Shown one piece after another: positions 18,729 through 26,365 of a DNA stretch of 64,000 nucleotides. Made by a program: the position numbers and the translations under genes. Origin of the DNA: Alphaproteobacteria bacterium (GTDB lineage: Bacteria > Pseudomonadota > Alphaproteobacteria > CAAHEQ01 > UBA3637); contig SUVA01000003.1 in the NCBI GenBank assembly GCA_015062245.1, forward strand, positions 21,372 through 85,371, in the 5' to 3' direction. Position 1 is the first letter of the stretch. Every line of letters begins with the position of its first letter. The notes under the pieces are model-generated. The model was not told the DNA's origin, ran no database searches, and saw only the letters and a list, made by a program, of their open reading frames with translations.

Positions 18729-19919
18729 TTATGGATCCCGACAAATGGCGGAGTTGTTGAGGTAGCCACTGTAGCGAGAGTCGTCGAGGACAGCACCGCT
18801 GTTGTGGGAGACAAAACGCGTGCCACAGGAACCTGACTTGCTATTATCCGCTAGCCAAAGACTACCAGATTCTCCAAAGACATCTGTACTTCTAATCGCT
18901 ACATTTGTGGCCGAACAATCACTATCTGATCCGCCATTGCAAATACAAGGTTTCGTTGCGTAATTTGAGTGTGAACTGTTAAAATAACAGTGTGTATTCG
19001 TGCCACTGTCCGCCAGCCCTAAATCAGACATAGTCACAAGTTGTTTGCCATGCGCTTGACACAGGTTGGACGCACTCCACCAGTTCATTGTGCCTGAACT
19101 CTTATACACCGTTAAAGCACCACCGGGCAGGTTGAGGGTTTTGACCGTAAAATCATTTGTATCATCCAATTCTCCCTTATCCGTACACGTTCCCGTCCCC
19201 GGATTCGTACAACTACCATCACTGAACTTGCAGTATTTTGTCGTATCCACATTGCCTTCGGCATCCTTACAATCGCCGTTCTGGGTACACCCACTCGTTG
19301 GTTTGGCGCAGATGTATGTTGAGGTATTCGTCCCCTTTGCACAATACGTCCCTTCGGCGCAACATTCTGTCCCGCACATAAAGACACCGTTCGGACATTT
19401 GCATTCGCCGTGGAAACACTTTAGTCCGTCATCACATGTTACATTCTTACAGGCTGGGTCAAACTTTCCCCCTGTTGGGCTTTTTTCGCCTTCGGCCTCT
19501 GTGGTTGCCAAGTTTTTGTAATAAGTGATGGTAGCATTGCCTGATTCATCACAAACAACATCACGCACCATACCGCCTTTGGAATTTTTCATTTGTGTGC
19601 AAACATCTTTATCAATGCCCGATAGTGTTAAATTAAATTGAGTGCCGTTATCGGTAAGAGTGGTTGCATAGCCTGAGTTGGCAAAATCGGTGATTGTTGA
19701 TGGTAATTTCCCGTCATTGGTCATGGCATAAGCCGACACCGTTGTTGCCATCATGGATGCTTTATGCAAGGCCTCATTGGCTTTGTGTTTTTCCACCGCT
19801 TTGGAATAGGCCGATATGCCACCAACACTCAACACGCCCACAATGGCCAGCACGCCCAGCATTTCAACCATACTGCGCCCCTTTTGACTTCTTTTATCAT
19901 TTTTGTTTGTTTTATTCAT
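18729..19919 (-). CDS. Type IV pilin-like N-terminus fused to Cys-rich EGF-like repeats and a C-type-lectin-like C-terminal domain (396 aa); candidate adhesin
   Basis: Class-III signal-like N-terminus QKG|RSMVEMLGVLAIVGVLSVGGISAY with Glu at +5 and a hydrophobic helix; central CxxGxC repeats (CDDGLKCFHGECKCPNGVFMCGTECCAEGTYC); C-terminal WWSASNLCQAHGKQLVTMSDL resembles a CTLD start. Confidence 0.5.
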   Translation of the reverse strand: MNKTNKNDKRSQKGRSMVEMLGVLAIVGVLSVGGISAYSKAVEKHKANEALHKASMMATTVSAYAMTNDGKLPSTITDFANSGYATTLTDNGTQFNLTLSGIDKDVCTQMKNSKGGMVRDVVCDESGNATITYYKNLATTEAEGEKSPTGGKFDPACKNVTCDDGLKCFHGECKCPNGVFMCGTECCAEGTYCAKGTNTSTYICAKPTSGCTQNGDCKDAEGNVDTTKYCKFSDGSCTNPGTGTCTDKGELDDTNDFTVKTLNLPGGALTVYKSSGTMNWWSASNLCQAHGKQLVTMSDLGLADSGTNTHCYFNSSHSNYATKPCICNGGSDSDCSATNVAIRSTDVFGESGSLWLADNSKSGSCGTRFVSHNSGAVLDDSRYSGYLNNSAICRDP

Positions 19920-19939
19920 AATTTTTACTCCCTTTATTT

Positions 19940-20140
19940 AAACAAAACACGCCTTGATGAGAGGCGGGTTGGAAGTTCGAAACTATAAACGCTATAGCAT
20001 TACATATTTGGGTTGGATAACCCTTATTTTGTAACCATCCAACCCTGACAGTTGGATTTTACGTCTTTCAGACGGCGTTTGAAGGATTTCGAAGCCTCCA
20101 CTGCGAGAATCACCCGACAGCAGTTCCAGTATAAAATGAT
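19940..20140. other. GC-enriched, hairpin-rich intergenic block; candidate structured ncRNA or long 5' leader (unclassified)
   Basis: Local GC clearly above flanking AT-rich DNA; nested inverted repeats (gggttggataaccc / ggttggat...atccaacc, cgtctgaaagacg); no ORF. Confidence 0.2.
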
Positions 20141-20170
20141 TAAATTTTTTTTGCAAGTAAAAAATATGCT

Positions 20171-20199
20171 TGACATTATAAAATCATTTGTGTAAAATA
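20171..20199 (+). promoter_or_regulatory. Near-consensus sigma70 promoter (TTGACA-17-TAAAAT) immediately upstream of the tRNA-His 5' remnant (probable native tRNA-His promoter)
   Basis: ttgacattataaaatcatttgtgtaaaat read directly; it drives only the truncated tRNA fragment at 20216. Confidence 0.4.
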
Positions 20200-20209
20200 T
20201 AAACTATTC

Positions 20210-20256
20210 ACCAGATGGCGGATGTAGCTCAGTTGGTTAGAGCGCTGGTTTGTGGT
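20210..20256 (+). repeat. Distal attachment-site repeat: 47-nt exact copy of the 5' half of tRNA-His (leader through anticodon loop)
   Basis: accagatggcggatgtagctcagttggttagagcgctggtttgtggt is identical to 27809-27855; the sequences diverge right after the anticodon GTG. Confidence 0.7.
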
Positions 20257-20619
20257 TCCGCTTTTCAACTTCCAAATTTTCTGATAAACACCGCATAAAA
20301 GACAAGAGCAGAATTCTTGTATTGAATTTGTTATAAGTCCTGTCATTATTGTTCTATCTTGAAATTTGAATGAATGGAAAGGTATCTTTTGGGCGCTTAA
20401 ATTTTGGAAATTCAGAACGCCTAAAAGCTCAAACCTCATTTTCTATCCCTAAACTCTCCCTAAACGATGGAATAATCACTTTTGTAAATGGGAAAAAGGA
20501 CTTTTTTCTTTGGCATTTACATTAGCCTCATTAGCCGCATTTGCCCCTTACATTAATATTATGCCCGAAATTTTTGAAAATGTCAAAAGAAATTAAGGGG
20601 TTATTTAAAAATAAACGCG

Positions 20620-21108
20620 TTATTTTTCACGAAATGATAGCATAAAATCCAAATTTCTTTTTGTAATCCAAAAAGAAAAAAGTAATCCTAAGAATGAAAT
20701 AAGTGCATAATAGGAAGAGATAACTAAACATACTTTCCATTCTGTTGTGGAAAACAAAAAGGCAAAAATTATTGATAGTAAGCAGGTCATAATTGTCCAT
20801 GATAGAAAATTGAGTAAATTTTTCAATGGTCGATATTGTTCTTTTTTCCAGCCATCTTTGTATTCTGATTTTAAGTAATTGGTGTAATCTTCTTTATCAT
20901 ATAATTTTTCTTTCATATGTGGTATTAGGAAACTTTGCATTGTAAATAAGATGGAGGCAATAGCAAAATATGCAGAAATCCAACTTCCTGTTCCATTAGG
21001 ATCTTTTGGAACTAATGGAATGAGGGTCAATACAAAAGATAATTCCTTTACTTTGAAAGAAATAACCAAAGGAATAATAAAAGTAAATATTGTAAAAAAT
21101 ACCTTCAT
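20620..21108 (-). CDS. Small integral membrane protein (162 aa, ~4 TM), island cargo
   Basis: Four hydrophobic segments (FFTIFTFIIPLVISF, ISAYFAIASILFTMQSFLI, LSWTIMTCLLSIIFAFLF, LVISSYYALISFLGLLFSFWI); 3 nt downstream of the 292-aa gene. Confidence 0.5.
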   Translation of the reverse strand: MKVFFTIFTFIIPLVISFKVKELSFVLTLIPLVPKDPNGTGSWISAYFAIASILFTMQSFLIPHMKEKLYDKEDYTNYLKSEYKDGWKKEQYRPLKNLLNFLSWTIMTCLLSIIFAFLFSTTEWKVCLVISSYYALISFLGLLFSFWITKRNLDFMLSFREK

Positions 21109-21111
21109 TTT

Positions 21112-21990
21112 CTAAATAATCCCTAAATCTCTACAGATAACATTTGATTTTACAAAATCTAACATATGAACAATAGTTGGATGGGTACTTAACTCTTCTG
21201 TATTAAATTTTTTTAATTCCCGTGTTACGTCATCGTAATCATAAGATGTTAATGGCCTAAAAATATTGTCTAAATTTATAACTTCCCTTTCTCCTTCTTC
21301 ATTTTTCCCAACCACTTTCAATTTTTTAGTACCTAATTCTTTTAAGTCAAGAATTTTAGGGATTATATCAGATAAAGGAGCCTTCCTTTTAAAAATTATT
21401 TGTTTTTGTTCGGATTTTACAAAATCAGGAGTAAAAATAGAACGTTTTGTAGATTGCTCTAAATACGATATTGAAGTGATTGAAAAAAACCTATTCAATG
21501 CCATAGAAGCTTCTTCAGCCTTTATTATTTGGATGCAAGAAATCTTATTTTTTCTCTTAAAGCTCAGTGACGAGCTGTCGTAGCCTTTTAGTGAAACAAA
21601 ATCATCAAAAAACTTTCTTAAAATTTTTTCTAACACAGATAATGAAGCAGAATTAGCATATGTCAACCATATCCCTGATGTAGTATTTTTATTCAAAATG
21701 AAAAAGTTGTATTCCGCACCATCTTTGATTTCGGCTATTTCTGTAGAATATCCCCCATTAGGATTTACTACTACTCTGCAATGTGCTGAGTAGTCTCGAG
21801 AAGAAAAAAGTAGTCCGGCGTAATAAGAGGAGGAAGCAACTGGTTGAATAAAAAGATTTCTCTTTTTTTTACAGATATCAATTGGTCCTTCTTTTTGAGA
21901 AGTTATATAATCAAAAAGATCTGAAATGGAAAAATCGATATCTTTTTGCTTTTTTAAAATAATTTTAAAGGGATATGCGTTTATATTCAT
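21112..21990 (-). CDS. Hypothetical cytoplasmic protein (292 aa), island cargo, no recognisable domain
   Basis: Long ORF co-directional with and between the XRE gene and the membrane-protein gene; composition typical of the element (very AT-rich, Lys/Ser/Phe-rich). Confidence 0.45.
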   Translation of the reverse strand: MNINAYPFKIILKKQKDIDFSISDLFDYITSQKEGPIDICKKKRNLFIQPVASSSYYAGLLFSSRDYSAHCRVVVNPNGGYSTEIAEIKDGAEYNFFILNKNTTSGIWLTYANSASLSVLEKILRKFFDDFVSLKGYDSSSLSFKRKNKISCIQIIKAEEASMALNRFFSITSISYLEQSTKRSIFTPDFVKSEQKQIIFKRKAPLSDIIPKILDLKELGTKKLKVVGKNEEGEREVINLDNIFRPLTSYDYDDVTRELKKFNTEELSTHPTIVHMLDFVKSNVICRDLGII

Positions 21991-22050
21991 CTAAGACTCC
22001 AAAAAAAACTGTACTATTTATAGCAGAATTTTAAGAAAAAATCAAATTGT

Positions 22051-22389
22051 TTATTTCATTTCCAAAAGGGCCTCAATCTGTTTAAGGGCGGTTTTGAGTG
22101 TCTTTTCATCCTGTCCTTCTAATAATCGGGTAATAGTCTTTAATGTGTCTGAATGTGGTTTGTTCTGTGTGGATATATCAGTCAATAAATCTTGAACGGG
22201 GACATTGAGTGCGTTAGCAAAGGAAAGAAGTGTTGTAATTTTGGGGTCACTGAGTCCACGTTCTACATTTGAAATGGTATTTATCATTTTACCGGATACT
22301 TCGGCAAATTCCTCTTGTGAAAGTCTTTTTTGTTTGCGTAAAACGGCAATACGTTTACCAAGCGTTTGTAAAAATACTTTATTTGTCAT
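22051..22389 (-). CDS. XRE-family HTH transcriptional regulator (Cro/cI-like)
   Basis: LRKQKRLSQEEFAEVSGKMINTISNVERGLSDPKITTLLSFANALNVPVQDLL = classic HTH_XRE; start placed at MTNKVFLQ (the upstream in-frame extension lacks an RBS). Confidence 0.7.
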   Translation of the reverse strand: MTNKVFLQTLGKRIAVLRKQKRLSQEEFAEVSGKMINTISNVERGLSDPKITTLLSFANALNVPVQDLLTDISTQNKPHSDTLKTITRLLEGQDEKTLKTALKQIEALLEMK

Positions 22390-22465
22390 AATACCTCTTT
22401 TGTTATGGTAGTATTTTCCTATTTTGCTGTGTAAAAGACCATAACGGTAAAATGTGTATTTTGGC

Positions 22466-22494
22466 TTGACATTTCTAAAAATACATATTATACT
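22466..22494 (+). promoter_or_regulatory. Sigma70 promoter (TTGACA-17-TATACT) for the PD-(D/E)xK-like gene
   Basis: cttgacatttctaaaaatacatattatact read directly. Confidence 0.45.
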
Positions 22495-22519
22495 GTGTTT
22501 ATTGATTACAATAAACACA
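22494..22519. promoter_or_regulatory. Perfect 11-4-11 palindromic operator (TGTGTTTATTG-atta-CAATAAACACA) between -10 and RBS
   Basis: Exact inverted repeat read directly; positioned to block transcription; the divergent XRE repressor is the obvious candidate binder. Confidence 0.45.
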
Positions 22520-22531
22520 TGGGAGTATGAA

Positions 22532-23467
22532 ATGAACGGTCCAAACATCTTCGATTATGCTACCAGTGAGCTCTCTCAAGATGCTTTTTTGTGTTATCTG
22601 TTAGCCTTTGGAAAAGAAAAATATAAAATGGATTTTCCGAAAGAGTATATGCTTGCTCATAAGTTTCTTGCAAAATGTGGTATTGATGAAAAAGAGGAAA
22701 TATTGTCCGTTGGACAACAGGTGGAACATATTGATGTTTTAATTATTACAACTTCCCACATTCTTATTATTGAAGATAAAACTTATACTGATGAACATGA
22801 TGATCAAATAATTCGTTATGTGAAAAATATGAGGAAATCTGAAGAAAAATTTTTAAATGATAAAAAAATTAAGGTATGTTTTTTAAAAACAGGCGATTAT
22901 GTTAAATCCTATTCTTCAAGTGATGAAAGTGTTTTACAAAATAAAGATTGTTGTTCTTTAAGACGTAAAAATTTATTGGAATTACTAAAGGATTATTATA
23001 AGTGTAATTTAGTATTTGAAATGTTTTATAAACGACTTCTTTCCGTTGAAGAAGCTATAGAACAATGTGATAGTGAAAATATATTTGATTGGAATCGCTA
23101 TAAATGGTTCGATTTCCTTTATAATACTTTAATTGAGAAAAAGAAAGTTTTTGACATAAAATGGGTTCATAATCCTAATGGCGGTTTTTATGGTTGTTGG
23201 TTTGGTTCTCATAAACTAGGAGAAATTGAGAAGTATAAACAAATTGAAATTCATTTCAATGAAAAGGGAACAGAATTTGTAGATTTGTGCTTAAAATGTT
23301 CATCTGAAAGTAAAGAGAAAACTCAGAAATATAAATCAGATATGGAAAAGTGGCAAAAGGAATCTGGTTTTAATCGTCCTGATCGTTGGCGTATTGGTCG
23401 GACAACAACCTATGCCACAAAACAAGCAATCAATGTTCGGGATATTCAAAACTTTATCAAAAAATAA
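22532..23467 (+). CDS. PD-(D/E)xK nuclease-like protein (312 aa), island cargo
   Basis: E...D...E-x-K arrangement (SELSQDAF ... HIDVLIITTSHILIIEDKTY) with the hydrophobic-strand context typical of restriction-endonuclease-fold nucleases; GGGAG RBS 6 nt before the ATG. Confidence 0.4.
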   Translation: MNGPNIFDYATSELSQDAFLCYLLAFGKEKYKMDFPKEYMLAHKFLAKCGIDEKEEILSVGQQVEHIDVLIITTSHILIIEDKTYTDEHDDQIIRYVKNMRKSEEKFLNDKKIKVCFLKTGDYVKSYSSSDESVLQNKDCCSLRRKNLLELLKDYYKCNLVFEMFYKRLLSVEEAIEQCDSENIFDWNRYKWFDFLYNTLIEKKKVFDIKWVHNPNGGFYGCWFGSHKLGEIEKYKQIEIHFNEKGTEFVDLCLKCSSESKEKTQKYKSDMEKWQKESGFNRPDRWRIGRTTTYATKQAINVRDIQNFIKK

Positions 23468-23496
23468 CAACTGAAAGGAAAGGAAGATGGCAAAAG

Positions 23497-23616
23497 TATA
23501 TGTAACACAGTATGATTATCAAGCAGATTTAAAAGTTTATAAAGTACAAAATGACTATCAGGCAAAATGGCAAACAAGCAATCCTTTTATTAGTCGATTA
23601 GGATAATATAACTCAT
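23497..23616 (+). CDS. Small ORF (39 aa, MAKVYVTQYDYQADLKVYKVQNDYQAKWQTSNPFISRLG) with strong RBS
   Basis: aggaaaggaag RBS then ATG; below the ORF-track cutoff; followed by a terminator. Confidence 0.25.
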
Positions 23617-23652
23617 AATAAGGCATGTCTTTGACTTTGAAAAAAATTTTAA

Positions 23653-23688
23653 AGGATAGGGCGGAAAAACTCCGCCCTTTTTCTTTCT
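23653..23688. terminator. Bidirectional terminator (gggcggaaaaactccgccc flanked by T-runs) between convergent island genes
   Basis: Read directly. Confidence 0.45.
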
Positions 23689-25925
23689 TACACGGAATCA
23701 AAAACTTCTGGATTTACTATATAAAGTGTTTTTTGACGACCCCTTGATTCCCCTGGTCGAGATATTTTTTTAGTTTTTAACCATCCATATTTTATCAAAA
23801 TAGAGGTTGCTTTTTCCGCTTGTTCCTTTCGCCGAATTCCAGGAACAACTGCGTTGTAATAGATATCCCTTAAGGTAAAGCTCTCAATTTTGTTGTTTAA
23901 GATATATTGAGCTAATTTTCTGGCTTCTTGCTGATATTCTGGCGCCATATAAATTCCATAAACACGTTTTGCCATAGGAAATAAGTACTGTTCATAAAAA
24001 TTTATAGCAGTATTAAGAGCATTTAACCCAATGAAATCAGGCTCTGGATTTTCGCTATCTGCCCACCATAAATATTCAAACATCAAACTTAAACGAACAA
24101 CAACACCCTGTCCTTTATTCAAGAAAAAACCCAATTTTTCATCTTCCCGTTCAATCGCTTGTGCAAAATGGACGTGTTTTAAGTACCACTGATTAAACAT
24201 TTCCTGAGCCTCATCAGAAAATTTTAATTGCTTTTTGGGATTCTCAGCATTATCCCCATAAGGATTGACTAAATTGAATAATTTTTTAAGTGCACGGAAC
24301 ACTTTTTCGTTATTCGGAGCTACTTTGGGGATAGCAGGGGCTACAACCTCTGGATAAGCCCAAAGAAAACGAGGGACAAGCCCGTCTTCGGCGTTACCCA
24401 AAAAGGCGTCTATGACCCTTTTAGGCTGGATAGTGCCAAAAATTGAAATAAGCAAATGTGGTACTTCAATTCTATCTTCCCCAAATTTTACACGATCGGA
24501 AGAATAATATTTACCATTATAGGTTTCAAGCCAAAAACTTTTTTCAGCGTTGCCACTGGTGTATCGATTCATTCCTGCTAACCATCCATACAGCTCGTCT
24601 CGAAAAACGATTGCCCCAGTTGTATTGTTTTGTAAGTTTTGAAGAAGTGCTTCCTGCGTTGTATCACAAAAACAAAAACGATATGATTGTGGTTTTGGAG
24701 GCTTATTCAAATTATCGGGAATCGTTTGTTTTTTATCTGGATTTTTTTTGATATCCTTATACCAGTTCTTTAACTTTTTTTCATAAGCTATATTTTCACC
24801 TTTCCAAACGTTATAAGCCCTCTCAAACTCTGGCTTACGTGATTTTTCCAAATCACATAAAATGCTTTTTATAGGACTGATAGTCGGCGTTTTTCTTGAG
24901 CTCGGATCTCCAACAATTCCCATAAAAAAACAGGGGTATTCTACAAAACCAGGCCATGGGGAAAGGCTGCGGGCTAATCCCATACAGGCACCCGTTGCTG
25001 CTATTAAAGAAAATCCAACATAGTCAACTGCTGCATTACAACTGGCAGCTGTTTCCACTACCCATTCTTCCATAGTTTGAAAACAATCGGTTTTCATCCT
25101 TGGAGCAGGTTCAATAATTTTTTCCTTTAAAATGGATAAATCAAGTTCTTGGAAATCTGGATTATCCAAGGTTTCAGAAAAAGAGATTGAATTTTCTAAT
25201 GTTCTTTCTACTTCTTCAATTTCAAGTCCACTTTGTAAAGCTGACTTAATAATTTTGTTATATATATTTGCCATATTTAAACTCCTTTCTTTGGCAAGTT
25301 GTTGGATGCGAATTGATTTTCGCAAAAGTGTATCATTGCGTTTACCCTCTGGGGCATTTGAAATGTCTTCCAAAAGTGCTGATATATCGTTAATTCTGGC
25401 GTTTTTGCCTGTTATAATTTCTAGCAACCATTCAGGCGCTTCTGGAAAAGTTAAATCATTAGGATTTACATTTTCCCAATGATATTGGTTACCGTTTTCA
25501 TGAACGGAAAAGGGGGCAACAATATATCCCCCGTCTGCACGTATATCAATATGCGGGGCAATTTTACTGGCGCTTGACCTAATAGTTATATTTTCGGGGT
25601 ATTTAAAATAAAGGTGTTTTCCTCGCCCTGTTAAAACGGCTGGGGCATTTAATTTACCATACTCTTTTTCCAAAAGTTGAAGTGATTCAAATCCTTCTTG
25701 TTCGTCAATATCAACTACGAAAATACCATTTTCTTCCCCAGTTGGGAGACCAATATTACAAGGGGAAAATTTTTCACTCCATTCCGTTATTTGTTTTAAG
25801 TCTGTTGTGGCTCCCTTAAAACCTGTTTTAATAAGGGGAGCCTTTCCACGATATTTCACGGGGAAGACTTTCATATTTAACCGAACATATTGTTTGGCGA
25901 TGTTATAAAAGTTGTTTTCAATCAT
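23688..25925 (-). CDS. Bifunctional DNA primase/polymerase (AEP Prim-Pol N-terminal domain) with C-terminal P4-alpha-like/DUF3987-type region; element replication protein
   Basis: VVDIDEQEGFESLQLLEKEYGKLNAPAVLTGRGKHLYFKYPENITIRSSASKIAPHIDIRADGGYIVAPFSVHENGNQYHWEN matches the Prim-Pol signature (lDiD...tpsGGrHlyf...G.DvRgdGGYvvaPpSvh.sG..Y.w); 745 aa. Confidence 0.75.
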   Translation of the reverse strand: MIENNFYNIAKQYVRLNMKVFPVKYRGKAPLIKTGFKGATTDLKQITEWSEKFSPCNIGLPTGEENGIFVVDIDEQEGFESLQLLEKEYGKLNAPAVLTGRGKHLYFKYPENITIRSSASKIAPHIDIRADGGYIVAPFSVHENGNQYHWENVNPNDLTFPEAPEWLLEIITGKNARINDISALLEDISNAPEGKRNDTLLRKSIRIQQLAKERSLNMANIYNKIIKSALQSGLEIEEVERTLENSISFSETLDNPDFQELDLSILKEKIIEPAPRMKTDCFQTMEEWVVETAASCNAAVDYVGFSLIAATGACMGLARSLSPWPGFVEYPCFFMGIVGDPSSRKTPTISPIKSILCDLEKSRKPEFERAYNVWKGENIAYEKKLKNWYKDIKKNPDKKQTIPDNLNKPPKPQSYRFCFCDTTQEALLQNLQNNTTGAIVFRDELYGWLAGMNRYTSGNAEKSFWLETYNGKYYSSDRVKFGEDRIEVPHLLISIFGTIQPKRVIDAFLGNAEDGLVPRFLWAYPEVVAPAIPKVAPNNEKVFRALKKLFNLVNPYGDNAENPKKQLKFSDEAQEMFNQWYLKHVHFAQAIEREDEKLGFFLNKGQGVVVRLSLMFEYLWWADSENPEPDFIGLNALNTAINFYEQYLFPMAKRVYGIYMAPEYQQEARKLAQYILNNKIESFTLRDIYYNAVVPGIRRKEQAEKATSILIKYGWLKTKKISRPGESRGRQKTLYIVNPEVFDSV

Positions 25926-25951
25926 TTTTTATCCTTTCATTTAGATTGAAT

Positions 25952-26365
25952 TTATTCTTCACAATTAAAAAGTCTATCCAAATAGCTACAAGCTGCTTCA
26001 ATGGTGTAATATACTTTTTTGTTTACACACACGTATTGGGAATGATCATCTCTTGTAATAACTCCTTCCAGCATAGAATCTTTATTTCGTAAAGTATTGC
26101 AATTTAGAAATCCGCAAACTTCACAGAATTTTGTTCTTGCGATTGTTTCACCATATGTCTTGATTTTTGCCTTTAATTTGTATAACAAATTTGGGCTGAT
26201 ATAATTTTTGATCATTTTAAAGACCTTTGTTTTTAGGTTATGGGGATCCCAGATTAAAACCACTGTTTTTCTGTTCCCACCTAAAAACGCAGCAAATCTT
26301 ATTTTCACCTTTTTATTTTTATTTATTTTATAAGTTTTTGATTTTAAATAATTATATCTAATCAT
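25952..26365 (-). CDS. Hypothetical Cys-containing protein (137 aa) between integrase and primase
   Basis: ORF only; CEVCGFLNC ... CVNKK ... C pattern suggests a zinc ribbon; start overlaps integrase stop. Confidence 0.35.
   Translation of the reverse strand: MIRYNYLKSKTYKINKNKKVKIRFAAFLGGNRKTVVLIWDPHNLKTKVFKMIKNYISPNLLYKLKAKIKTYGETIARTKFCEVCGFLNCNTLRNKDSMLEGVITRDDHSQYVCVNKKVYYTIEAACSYLDRLFNCEE

Noticed and set aside
20176-20439. 87-aa minus-strand ORF overlapping the tRNA-His remnant
   Set aside because: Its C-terminus is simply the reverse translation of the tRNA fragment (same peptide appears at 27436-27936); artefact.
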